A DNA stretch of 50,359 nt. It comes from an uncultured Candidatus Poseidoniales archaeon (GTDB lineage Archaea; Thermoplasmatota; Poseidoniia; Poseidoniales; Thalassarchaeaceae). Shown one piece after another: positions 35,958 to 44,893 of the stretch. Position 1 is the stretch's first letter. Every line of letters starts with the position of its first letter. The position numbers and the translations under genes were made by a program. Below the pieces are notes generated by a model. That model was given only the letters and a program-made list of their open reading frames with translations. It did not search any database and had not been told where the DNA came from. The DNA lies in assembly GCA_964586945.1 (NCBI GenBank), contig CAZPJQ010000002.1, forward strand, positions 1 to 50,359. The letters are read 5' to 3'.

Positions 35958-36413
35958 ATGGGTGAGCCCCGCAAGTTGCAGTCCGGTATCGTCGATGTCG
36001 AGTTCGGTGATGGTGTCACGGTGGTTGAACCGGTGAACCTCTACGGCTGCACATTTGGTGACGGAGTGTTCGTGGGTCCGTTCGTCGAGATTCAGAAGGG
36101 AGTGAGCGTCGGCGCGCGCACGAGAGTGCAGAGCCACGCCTTCATCTGCGAGCTCGTTAGCATCGGCGAGGACTGCTTCATCTCTCACGGTGCCAAGTTC
36201 ATCAACGACCCCTTCAGCATCGGGGGTCCCGCACGAGGTGACAAGACACAGTGGAAGGAAACAGTCGTCGGTGACCGAGTCAGCATCGGCACCAACGCCA
36301 CCATCATGCCAGTCACAATCTGCGATGATGTGGTCGTCGGGGCGGGAGCAGTGGTGACCAAGGACATCACAGAATCAGGCACCTATGCAGGTAATCCGGC
36401 TCGAAGGTTCTAA
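35958..36413 (+). CDS. left-handed beta-helix (hexapeptide-repeat) sugar N-acetyltransferase
   Basis: Hexapeptide repeats: GVFVGPFVEIQKGVSVGARTRVQSHAFICELVSIGEDCFISHGAKF ... VGDRVSIGTNATIMPVTICDDVVVGAGAVV. I used the ATG at 35958; a TTG at 35928 overlaps the aminotransferase stop and is an alternative. Confidence 0.85.
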   Translation: MGEPRKLQSGIVDVEFGDGVTVVEPVNLYGCTFGDGVFVGPFVEIQKGVSVGARTRVQSHAFICELVSIGEDCFISHGAKFINDPFSIGGPARGDKTQWKETVVGDRVSIGTNATIMPVTICDDVVVGAGAVVTKDITESGTYAGNPARRF

Positions 36414-36417
36414 CGAG

Positions 36418-37335
36418 TCAGAACGGGAGTGGTTTGTCCAATCGGGCAGTCATCTCGAGATAGCGGTCAGCGTGCTCGGTATCGGGGATGTTCATCACGA
36501 ACTGCCAATAGCGCCAGGCGGCAACCGACAATGTAGCGAAGCGATGCAGAATAGGCAGTGCGGCGCGCTCGGTTTCGGTTATTTCCCGTTCAGATTCATA
36601 GCCGGACAATATCGCTTGCCAGCGTTCTGTGACCGGCTCACCATCCTGCCAGCCGAAGCCAACGAAGGCCATCACCAGATCGAGAGCGATTGCCCCCACA
36701 CACATCTCCTCGAAGTCGAGCACTGCGAGCACTTTTCCAGATGTGCCGAGAACATTGTCAGGAAACAGGTCACCATGGATGATGCCGTTCGGCAGTCCAT
36801 CAGGAATGTCTTCCTTTAACCGCAAAGCTTCTTGTTCCAACTGGCGCAGAAAAGGGGACCAAGTACCCCCAGCATCAGCGTGTTCGAACATATCCTCCCA
36901 GAGTCTAAATCCCATATAATAGGATGAACTGAGTCCATCACAAACAGGTATCGCGTGTAGTTGAGCCATTACTTTACCCAATGAATACAGTGATTCAGAA
37001 TCTGAGGCAAGCCAGCCCGCATCCACGAACGGCAGCAGCATCCAAGCGAGTCCATCCTTGGTCAACATTCGTTCTCCCCCGGTCAATTGTAATGGAACGG
37101 GCGTCGGGAATCCATGCTCAGCAATCCAACAAGTGTGTTCAATCAGCTCTTGAACTTGATCTGGTGTTCTCTCGTTCCAGACCTTGAGGACCACCCGCGT
37201 ATCGTCAACGAGTAGTAATTGAAAATTCGAATTTGCCCAGCCACCTTTCAGTGGCGAGATGCTCACGAGGTCTGCCAACCCGGCAGCATCGAGCAGTTCA
37301 GTGGCCTGTTCACGGCTCACTTCGGTGTATGCCAT
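36418..37335 (-). CDS. APH-family (aminoglycoside / choline / homoserine-kinase-II-like) phosphotransferase
   Basis: Catalytic loop IIHGDLFPDNVL and metal-binding VLDFEEMC. N-terminal lobe with GGWANSNF...VVLKVW. Confidence 0.8.
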   Translation of the reverse strand: MAYTEVSREQATELLDAAGLADLVSISPLKGGWANSNFQLLLVDDTRVVLKVWNERTPDQVQELIEHTCWIAEHGFPTPVPLQLTGGERMLTKDGLAWMLLPFVDAGWLASDSESLYSLGKVMAQLHAIPVCDGLSSSYYMGFRLWEDMFEHADAGGTWSPFLRQLEQEALRLKEDIPDGLPNGIIHGDLFPDNVLGTSGKVLAVLDFEEMCVGAIALDLVMAFVGFGWQDGEPVTERWQAILSGYESEREITETERAALPILHRFATLSVAAWRYWQFVMNIPDTEHADRYLEMTARLDKPLPF

Positions 37336-37339
37336 TTGG

Positions 37340-38599
37340 TCACCCTATGAATTCGTGGAGAACACTTCTGAAGGCGGCGATTGAACTTCTGTGGTCGACT
37401 ACCCCGGCGTGCAGACGGGCCGCCTCGCCAAGCGCCACTCTGTTCTCGTAGGTGGTACGCAGAGCCGATGTCCAATCCTCCAGACTTCCCGCTTCCGGCA
37501 CGACAATTCCTCCCGCACCGACCGCTTCGGGTTGTGATCCGATTGCGACCGATACGGAGGGTACTCCGAACAGACCGGCTTCGTTGATGACTCGTCCCCA
37601 TGAGCCGGTGCTGGCGACGGTCAGCAGGTGGACGTCACACTTCGAAAAGACCTCTTCGACAGCCGTGTGACCGTACCATGTCGCATTGTCGTGGTTGCCG
37701 AGTGATTCTGCGTAGGAGCCCCCACCATGGATATCGATTTGCGCCTCTGGCCAGTGAGCGGCGAGGTGGGGTAGCAGTCGTTGGTAGAACTCGTAGCCCT
37801 TCTCCGGTGTGACGCCGACGATGGCGATTCGGGGAGTTTCGGCGCCGCCCGACTGAAGGCGGGTGGCTAGTCCAGCAGCTCGTTGGGCGGTAACCTCGTC
37901 GGCGCTTCCGAAGCGACCAGCGAAGTCGACGGGAAGCCGGACATTTCTAATTGCCTTGACATTGAATGTGGCTGCGACTTGGGCCCCTAACCCCTCACCC
38001 GCACAGCAGACCGCGGCGGCGTTCTCAAGGCTCGAGCGGTATATGTCTGGTTGACGAAATTGCAGTTCGTCCCTGACGAATACGATATATGGAATCCCAA
38101 GGGACTGGAAGCATTCAGCCGCTCCTGCCGACCAATGGAGTTGTGTGACGCCGACGACAGGGAGCCCAGCGGCCCCACCCCTTCCTACTGAAGTTTCGAT
38201 GGCGGGTGAGATTTTCTTGCAGAAGCTACGATTTGCCTTGTTGAGGTGTCGAGCCTGTAATCCACTGTTTGGCTGACCATCCTTACCACGCAGCCGCCAC
38301 GCAAGACCAGACCAGATATCCTCAATTTTGAGAGAGTAGCCTATAATTCTCAATTCCGAAATATTTTCTAGATAGGTTCCCTCTCCACGCACCGAACTTT
38401 GGTGCACTCGAACTCGCCAACCCGACTTGAGCAGAGCGGGATCAACATCGGGGGAGGGGTGGCAGGGCGCGTAGAGTACCTCTGCTTCGACACCCGGCCC
38501 CGGCTCCGTGACCCCCCTGAGGAGAGTTGCAAGGCTCATCTCCGCCCCGCCCGCGGGAGGGTCGAGGTCGCGGAGTGCTGCGATGACCAACCCCGGCAT
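37340..38599 (-). CDS. GT-B fold glycosyltransferase-like protein (divergent)
   Basis: N-terminal DPPAGGAEMSLATLL resembles the GT4 N-domain glycine motif. C-terminal SWGRVINEAGLFGVPSVSVAIGSQPEAVGAGGIVV resembles the GT-B donor-binding region. It ends 4 nt before the kinase start. Confidence 0.55.
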   Translation of the reverse strand: MPGLVIAALRDLDPPAGGAEMSLATLLRGVTEPGPGVEAEVLYAPCHPSPDVDPALLKSGWRVRVHQSSVRGEGTYLENISELRIIGYSLKIEDIWSGLAWRLRGKDGQPNSGLQARHLNKANRSFCKKISPAIETSVGRGGAAGLPVVGVTQLHWSAGAAECFQSLGIPYIVFVRDELQFRQPDIYRSSLENAAAVCCAGEGLGAQVAATFNVKAIRNVRLPVDFAGRFGSADEVTAQRAAGLATRLQSGGAETPRIAIVGVTPEKGYEFYQRLLPHLAAHWPEAQIDIHGGGSYAESLGNHDNATWYGHTAVEEVFSKCDVHLLTVASTGSWGRVINEAGLFGVPSVSVAIGSQPEAVGAGGIVVPEAGSLEDWTSALRTTYENRVALGEAARLHAGVVDHRSSIAAFRSVLHEFIG

Positions 38600-38701
38600 G
38601 GCCGCCGCTATCTTCGACCACTTATCACTCCGACCGCCGCAATGAGCGCCTCAAATTCGGTTCCGGCAGCGTGATGAAGTGGGGCGGAGTCGCCCGCCCG
38701 C

Positions 38702-39715
38702 ATGGCTCTGACAGTTGCTGTTGTTGGAACCGGCTATTGGGGCCGTAACCATGTCCGCACACTCGCCGCGCTGCGAGATGAGGGAACGATAGCCGCTCTA
38801 GTCGTATGTGACTTGGACGAGGAGCGGGCGAAGAGCCTCGCTGGTGAGTTCGGCTGCGTCTGGGAGACCGACGCCGCCAAGTTGGCAACTGAGCACGGCG
38901 TGACCGCCGCAACCATTGCAACTCCGACACCGCAACACGCATCTTTGGCGATTTCACTGATGGAGCAGGGCGTCAATGTCCTCGTTGAGAAGCCGCTGGC
39001 GATGAACGAGGTCGAGGCCAAGTCGGTGTTGGATGCGGCGCAGCGAACTGGAAGTGTGCTGATGGTAGGACATCTGTTCCGCTACCACGCAGCGGTTAGA
39101 AAGGCGGCCGAGTTGATTGCAGAAGGAGCGCTCGGTCCGGTTCTGCACATAGAATCTGAGCGTCTCTCAGTACGCGAACCCCGACCCGACATAGGTGTCA
39201 TTGCGGCGCTGGGAATCCACGACATGGACATCACCTGCGATTTGATGGGTGATATCGACCCAATCAAAATCAGGGCGATTGCACTTCCGTCAGACGAGCC
39301 CGGCATCGAAGACCACGCCGTCCTCAAGTTGGAGTATCCAGCCGGTGCAGGAGGAAACCCGGACGGCGTCACAGCCATTGTCACGGTCTCTTGGCGGAGC
39401 CGCATCCAGGGAAAGGTGCGCGAACTGCGCATCATCGGCCGCGACGCCTCTCTCGCCATCGACTACCTCGACCATGCCGGCCTCTGGATTCATCACCACC
39501 CGGGTAACGCGCGCGGCCAGCAATGGGGCGGCTTTGACGCCGCACCTCGAGAGAGAGTTGAGCTCCCGCTCGGTGAGCCCAGCCTGACCGCGGAACTACG
39601 CGCTTTCATCCTCCATTCATCTGGAGCCGACGACGGCGAACCACTCGCCTCCGGTCAAGTCGGGCTACACGGTGTCCGCCTCGTCGATGCGGCGCTGCGC
39701 GCCGCAGATGAGTGA
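38702..39715 (+). CDS. Gfo/Idh/MocA-family NAD-dependent sugar oxidoreductase (WbpB-like)
   Basis: VAVVGTGYWGRNHV Rossmann start, the family motif VEKPLAMNEVEA, and GHLFRYH. Confidence 0.88.
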   Translation: MALTVAVVGTGYWGRNHVRTLAALRDEGTIAALVVCDLDEERAKSLAGEFGCVWETDAAKLATEHGVTAATIATPTPQHASLAISLMEQGVNVLVEKPLAMNEVEAKSVLDAAQRTGSVLMVGHLFRYHAAVRKAAELIAEGALGPVLHIESERLSVREPRPDIGVIAALGIHDMDITCDLMGDIDPIKIRAIALPSDEPGIEDHAVLKLEYPAGAGGNPDGVTAIVTVSWRSRIQGKVRELRIIGRDASLAIDYLDHAGLWIHHHPGNARGQQWGGFDAAPRERVELPLGEPSLTAELRAFILHSSGADDGEPLASGQVGLHGVRLVDAALRAADE

Positions 39716-39750
39716 CAACACCGCTCCATTCTCGGAGAGAGGGGTCAAGA

Positions 39751-40110
39751 ATGTCCCTTAGGTGGGCACAGAACATGAATCCAGCAGCCTCTCTGCTCGG
39801 TCCGCTCTACAACCTGTACGAGGGTGCCTTGGGAAGCACTGGGGCATGGCTGCTCGGCCAGTTGACTCTGGTGGGGTTCTTGGCGCTGTTCTGGTGGGCT
39901 GTCTCAAACCGCGAGGAAATCATCTCAGGGCTCGACATCAGGCCTAAGACCATGGGTTCTCTAGTCGTTTTGGTATTCTTCACCGGCCTCTTCTTCTTCT
40001 TCTTCAACGACACTTTGGGCTTCCCCGTCGTGGGTTCCATCGTGGTTGCCGCCAGCAGCATCGGATTCCTCCTTTGGTGCTATGTCACTCTTGAGGGTGA
40101 ACCAGTCTGA
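39751..40110 (+). CDS. small membrane protein, hypothetical
   Basis: Three hydrophobic helices (WLLGQLTLVGFLALFWWAV, LVVLVFFTGLFFFFF, VVGSIVVAASSIGFLLWCYV). I took the ATG at 39751, preceded by GAGAGAGGGG; the track start at 39712 is GTG. Confidence 0.45.
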   Translation: MSLRWAQNMNPAASLLGPLYNLYEGALGSTGAWLLGQLTLVGFLALFWWAVSNREEIISGLDIRPKTMGSLVVLVFFTGLFFFFFNDTLGFPVVGSIVVAASSIGFLLWCYVTLEGEPV

Positions 40111-40120
40111 GTTGACCAAA

Positions 40121-41497
40121 ATGGCAAAATTCGGTGACCGACCCCCGCTCCCAGCCAATTTGGAGGGGTTGCTTGCTGACGAATCGGTCAGCACCATCTT
40201 CCTGAAGTCGGAATGTCCTCCTCGTGTCAAGCGTGGCCACATCACCGAACTCGAGGTCGTAGAACTGGATGATGGGCCGTGGTCCGGTTCTATGATTCAG
40301 GAGTTGGCCGAGGCCCTCGAAATGACGGTCGAGCAGCACAACGAGGCGCGCAGTGACTGCTTCGTGGAAATTGATCGCCACGGCTGCAAGGTGATGCAGA
40401 TTGGAGACCTCAGGGTCACAGCATCATGGCCCCCATTCTCAGACGGCTGGGAAATCATCGTTGTCCGGCCAGTCGCCCAACCGAGTTTGGAGGAGTATGG
40501 CCTCGATGACAAGTTGCTTGCACTGATTGCAGATCTACAGAATCAGGGAACTCTGGTCAGTGGCATGCCCGGTTCAGGAAAGTCGACTCTTGCCTCAGCC
40601 ATCGCTAGGTGGCTCGATGGAAAGGGGGCCGTTGTCAAGACGATGGAGAGCCCCCGCGACCTGCAACTGCCACAGCGAGTAACCCAATACGCCCCGCTCG
40701 CCGAAAACGAACACTCCCGAGGTTCGATGGAACTCACCGCTGACATTCTCTTCCTCGCTCGTCCCGACTTCATCGTCTTCGACGAAGTGAGGAAGACCCC
40801 CGACTTCGAGGTCTTCGGAGACTGCCGCCTAGCCGGGCTCGGTTTGCTCGGAGTAACCCATTCCGCCTCAGCCCTCGAGGCCATTCAGCGGATGATAGGG
40901 CGGGTTGAACTAGGCATCCTCGCCCAGATTCTGACCACAGTCATACATGTTGAGAAGGGGAGTGTTGCAGAAGTCCTCCAACTGGCGATGACGGTAAAGG
41001 CACCGAAGGGAATGCAGGCCGACCTCGCCCGTCCAGTGATTCAGGTGAAGCGCTTCCCGGACGGCAAGGTACTCAACGAAATATTCTCATTCGGCGAGCA
41101 GATTTGCATCGTCGACGCAGATGGCGAGAGTGAAGGTGACGAAGGAACACCCGCCCAACTGCTCGCCGCCGCCCAACTCAAGAGCAGCATCTCGGCGGAT
41201 CTAGGAATCCGCGTCCACCATGTCAAGTTCGGGGGCGACGCCCACGCCGAGATATTCGTAGACGAGAGTGCCATCGGAGCGGTCGTCGGCCCAAGCGGCT
41301 CCACAATCAAGGAGTTGGAGAAGGAATATGGAATCAAACTCCGAGTGCAGTCTTCCCGTGACCTTCCGCGTGGGTTCAGGCCACCAGAGGACAAGTTCCG
41401 CAGCTCGCATGACAGCCAGTTGGACCGTTCAATGGGCGGCCGCGCGTGGGAGGACTCGCGAGGCAGAGGAAAGAGGCGGAAGGGTCGCAGACGCTGA
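40121..41497 (+). CDS. PilT-like P-loop ATPase with C-terminal KH domain (COG1855-like), basic tail
   Basis: ASWPPFSDGWEIIVVRPV, Walker A SGMPGSGKST, MESPRDLQL, Walker B IVFDEVRK, and the KH GxxG context VVGPSGSTIKELEKEYGIKLRV. The tail is RGRGKRRKGRRR. I chose the ATG at 40121, just after the upstream gene's stop; the track start at 40046 is TTG. Confidence 0.8.
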   Translation: MAKFGDRPPLPANLEGLLADESVSTIFLKSECPPRVKRGHITELEVVELDDGPWSGSMIQELAEALEMTVEQHNEARSDCFVEIDRHGCKVMQIGDLRVTASWPPFSDGWEIIVVRPVAQPSLEEYGLDDKLLALIADLQNQGTLVSGMPGSGKSTLASAIARWLDGKGAVVKTMESPRDLQLPQRVTQYAPLAENEHSRGSMELTADILFLARPDFIVFDEVRKTPDFEVFGDCRLAGLGLLGVTHSASALEAIQRMIGRVELGILAQILTTVIHVEKGSVAEVLQLAMTVKAPKGMQADLARPVIQVKRFPDGKVLNEIFSFGEQICIVDADGESEGDEGTPAQLLAAAQLKSSISADLGIRVHHVKFGGDAHAEIFVDESAIGAVVGPSGSTIKELEKEYGIKLRVQSSRDLPRGFRPPEDKFRSSHDSQLDRSMGGRAWEDSRGRGKRRKGRRR

Positions 41498-41566
41498 AAC
41501 CCCATTCACAGAGCCGCTCAAAGGTTCTTCAAGGCGGCCCGGGTCGGCCAACTCGGAGTGAGTGCC

Positions 41567-43144
41567 ATGCAAGGGGGGGAAAGTGGCCCAGTCACCATCG
41601 TTCGCGAGCAGACTAATGTCACCAGTGGCCCCGAGGTGCAACAGAAGATAATCGCCGCAGCACGCGCTCTAGCCTCCATTCTGAGGGGAACTCTCGGACC
41701 CCGCGGTCTCGACAAGGGGTTGTACAAGACAAACGGGGAATTCGCCGTTACCTCAGACGGAGCGCGCATCCTCTCTGGTCTTCTCATCAAGAATCCCGGT
41801 GCCAAGATGTTGGTCTCACTGGGTCGCTCTCAGGAGTCGAATGTGGGTGACGGCGTCACCTCCACCGTACTACTCGCAGGAGCGTTGCTCGACGAGGCGG
41901 GGCGACTTCTTCGGAAGGGCGTCCACCCGCTCATCATAGTTGACGGATACCAAGCGGCAACAAAAATCGCCATTGAGAGACTCGAATCGATTACCACCCC
42001 CTGCTCAATCGACGATACCGACCTCCTCTCGAGAGTGGTGGCAACTTCCCTGACCGGTCGGGCCGCTGAGGCAGAGTGCGAGAGATTCGGGGAGATGATG
42101 GTGGAGGCCTTGGCCCATGTCAGCCATGTGGATGGCAACAGAGACACCTGCGACGCCGAGGATGTGCTGTTCGACAAGTCGGGTGAAGGTGGATTGGCTG
42201 ACAGCCGGCTGATTCGTGGCACCCACTGGAAGCAGAGGATTCCTCTGGAAAGGATGACAGGTTTGCGAGAAGACGTCTCAATAGCGATTCTGAATTGCGA
42301 CCTCAAGCAGAGGGAGAGCAAGCGAGACACAGAAATCGAACTTACTACAGCAGAGGACCTTGAGACATTCATCGCTGCCCAGGAGGCACTCAATGAGAAG
42401 ATGGCCGACCAACTAATCGCCAGCGGGGCCGATGGCTTCTGTGGCCCGGGCGAGGTAGAGAGAGCGGTTCTTCACCGGCTTGCGCTCGCCGACAAGGTGG
42501 TCATCGCCGACCTTGACATCAAGCAACTCCGCCACATTGCGAAGGCTTCGGGCGGCAGGATGGTCGAGCATTCACCCGACCTCTCCCTCAGTGACTTGGG
42601 CCACGCCGGCAGCATTTCCTGCGAGCGCCGTCCGGCGACCGAAGAGGTTCAGGACAGAATCATCATCGATGGCTGTGAAGGGCCACTAGTCACCTGCCTC
42701 ATCGGCAGTTCGATGGGCACCGAGGAGGTCATTCGTGGGCTCTACGACTCCTTGAGAGCATGCACCCTTGCAATATCTGAAGGAACTCTCCTGCACGGCG
42801 GCGGCAGCGCCCACATGAGTGCGGCATTCTCCGTCAAGGAAGCGGCGGAAAAGGTGGCAGACAGAACCCGGCTCGGAATGGAGGCGTTCGCCCGCGCCCT
42901 CGAGGCGATTCCTTGGATGCTGGCAAGCAACGCCGGAGTCGACCCCCTCGACGCACTTCTCGAACTGCGCGCCCAAGCGAGAGCGAGCGACGAGCCAGTA
43001 GGAATCACAATCGACGGCAGCATAGGGGGTGTAACCGATGTTCTCGAACCCGCTGAAAACCTCCTGCACGGTCTGACAACAGCCTCGGAAACCGCCTGCG
43101 GCTTACTCCGCTGCGACCAGGTCATCAGCGCCCGCGGCGACTGA
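41567..43144 (+). CDS. group II chaperonin (thermosome / TCP-1 family), divergent paralogue
   Basis: LGPRGLDKGL, VTSDGARIL, NPGAKML, VGDGVTSTVLLAGALL, GVHP and LHGGGSAHM align to the thermosome motifs LGPKGMDKML, NDGATIL, HPAAKM, GDGTTTAVVL and GGGAxE. The ATG at 41567 is preceded by GGAGTGA; the track start at 41558 is GTG. Confidence 0.85.
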   Translation: MQGGESGPVTIVREQTNVTSGPEVQQKIIAAARALASILRGTLGPRGLDKGLYKTNGEFAVTSDGARILSGLLIKNPGAKMLVSLGRSQESNVGDGVTSTVLLAGALLDEAGRLLRKGVHPLIIVDGYQAATKIAIERLESITTPCSIDDTDLLSRVVATSLTGRAAEAECERFGEMMVEALAHVSHVDGNRDTCDAEDVLFDKSGEGGLADSRLIRGTHWKQRIPLERMTGLREDVSIAILNCDLKQRESKRDTEIELTTAEDLETFIAAQEALNEKMADQLIASGADGFCGPGEVERAVLHRLALADKVVIADLDIKQLRHIAKASGGRMVEHSPDLSLSDLGHAGSISCERRPATEEVQDRIIIDGCEGPLVTCLIGSSMGTEEVIRGLYDSLRACTLAISEGTLLHGGGSAHMSAAFSVKEAAEKVADRTRLGMEAFARALEAIPWMLASNAGVDPLDALLELRAQARASDEPVGITIDGSIGGVTDVLEPAENLLHGLTTASETACGLLRCDQVISARGD

Positions 43145-43223
43145 ATTCGGCCGCCGAACAAGATTATGACCACCCTCAAAGGTCAAGAACACCCCACTCA
43201 TCGCCGTTCAACGGGTTCCTTTG

Positions 43224-44885
43224 ATGGACGCGACCGAGCAGCCCGGAACTCAGGCAGAAGTGCCGGACAGAACCGGCGACGATGCACCCCGTGCACTAAT
43301 CTCAGTGTACGACAAGGAAGGGGTCTCAGCACTTGCTGTGGCGCTGGAGGCGATGGGTTGGAGAATCGTGAGCACCGGGGGGACTGCGAGGCTGCTTCGG
43401 GAGTCTGGAATAGAGGTCTCCGATGTATCGTCGGTTACCGAACACCCCGAGGTTTTCGATGGTCGAGTGAAGACCCTCCACCCGGCGATTCACGCCCCAA
43501 TTCTGGCTCGCGGAAACAACCCGGACGATCGAGAAACTCTAGCCAAACTGGGCTACCCTAGAATCGACATGGTGGTAGTCAACCTCTACCCCTTCGAAGA
43601 GGTGGCTGCCCGAGAACCGCCCGTGGAAATGTCCGAGCTCATCGAGATGATTGACATCGGCGGCCCTACCCTTATCCGTGCTGCTGCGAAGAACCACGCC
43701 GATGTATTGGTGATGGCTGACCCGAGTCAATACGACCTCGTCCTTGAACTTCTCCAGAGCACGGACGGCGACCCCGCATCCATTCCCCTAGATGTTAGAG
43801 AGAGGTTGGCCCTGACCGCATTTCAGCGCACCGCGGCCTACGATGTGGCGCTCTCCAACACTCTCGCCCAGCGTTTTGAGGGTGTGAAGTTGGAAGGCGA
43901 CTTGCCGCCGAGACTGCTGATATCAGGTGGTGAGTTGGACCGTCTGCGATACGGTGAGAATCCCCATCAGATTGCGGGATTTTACGATGGTGCTCGCAGG
44001 GGTGAGGCACCATCGGGGCTTGCTGCTGCCGAGCAACATGGCGGCAAGGAACTCTCATTCAACAATTACCTCGACCTCGAGGCCGCCCTCCGCTACGCCC
44101 GCTCATTGACTGGCGATGAGTGGAGCGAGTGGCCGCACTGCTGCGTTGTCATCAAGCACACGAACGCCTGCGGTGTCGCAGTGTCGACGAGCCAGGTGGA
44201 GGCTTGGCGTGATGCGCTTGCAAGCGACCCCGAATCGGCGTTTGGCTGTGTAATCGCATTCAACCAAACAGTGAGCGCTGAGGTGGCTGAAGAGATTGGT
44301 GACCATTTCATCGAATGCGTCATCGCCCCTGGCTTCGAGGCGGCGGCACTTGAGCGGCTCTCAACCAAGAAGAACAGACGGATGCTTACTCTCCCGGAAT
44401 TCTCTCCTCTTGATGCCGAACTGCGCTGGCGACAGGTGGATGGGGGTTGGCTTTCACAGAGCGAGGGCGCACCGGTGGTTGACTGGGATAATGTGCAGTG
44501 TGTGACAAAGGCCCAACCCGAACCGGGCTTGATTGACCTCGCCCGCTTTGGCGTGGCGGTATGTGCTCAAGTGAAGAGCAACAGCGTCATCTTCGTCCAA
44601 CCGACTGAAACCGGATTGGCAACGGTAGGAATAGGGCCGGGCCAGACCAGTAGGGTCGAGGCGGTAAGAATCGCAGCTCGACGCGCCGGTGAGCGGGCGG
44701 TGGGTGCGATGATGGTGTCTGACGCCTTCTTCCCGTTCCGAGACGGCATCGACACATCCCACGATATCGGCATCACAAGTGTGGTTCAGCCGGGCGGCTC
44801 AATTCGTGATGGGGAGGCCATCGAGGCTGCTGACGAGCACGGAATGACCATGCTCTTCACAGGAGTACGATTGTTTAGGCATTAG
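43224..44885 (+). CDS. purH: bifunctional AICAR transformylase / IMP cyclohydrolase
   Basis: ALISVYDKEGV, IVSTGGTARLL, GRVKTLHPAIHAPILAR and MIDIGGPTLIRAAAKNH, with a C-terminus ending TGVRLFRH. Confidence 0.95.
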   Translation: MDATEQPGTQAEVPDRTGDDAPRALISVYDKEGVSALAVALEAMGWRIVSTGGTARLLRESGIEVSDVSSVTEHPEVFDGRVKTLHPAIHAPILARGNNPDDRETLAKLGYPRIDMVVVNLYPFEEVAAREPPVEMSELIEMIDIGGPTLIRAAAKNHADVLVMADPSQYDLVLELLQSTDGDPASIPLDVRERLALTAFQRTAAYDVALSNTLAQRFEGVKLEGDLPPRLLISGGELDRLRYGENPHQIAGFYDGARRGEAPSGLAAAEQHGGKELSFNNYLDLEAALRYARSLTGDEWSEWPHCCVVIKHTNACGVAVSTSQVEAWRDALASDPESAFGCVIAFNQTVSAEVAEEIGDHFIECVIAPGFEAAALERLSTKKNRRMLTLPEFSPLDAELRWRQVDGGWLSQSEGAPVVDWDNVQCVTKAQPEPGLIDLARFGVAVCAQVKSNSVIFVQPTETGLATVGIGPGQTSRVEAVRIAARRAGERAVGAMMVSDAFFPFRDGIDTSHDIGITSVVQPGGSIRDGEAIEAADEHGMTMLFTGVRLFRH

Positions 44886-44893
44886 TGATTAAC

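Noticed and set aside
34612-39715. Integrated mobile element at tRNA-Leu
   Set aside because: I saw no integrase, recombinase or transposase ORF and no direct repeat of the tRNA 3' end. The adjacent sugar genes have host-like GC-rich composition.
41830-42393. 187-aa and other minus-strand ORFs inside the thermosome gene, with similar shadows inside coding genes at 16229-16696, 29021-29539, 31162-31755 and 39082-39459
   Set aside because: All lie fully inside confidently assigned genes on the opposite strand and have Ser/Arg/Pro-biased composition characteristic of GC-rich shadow frames.
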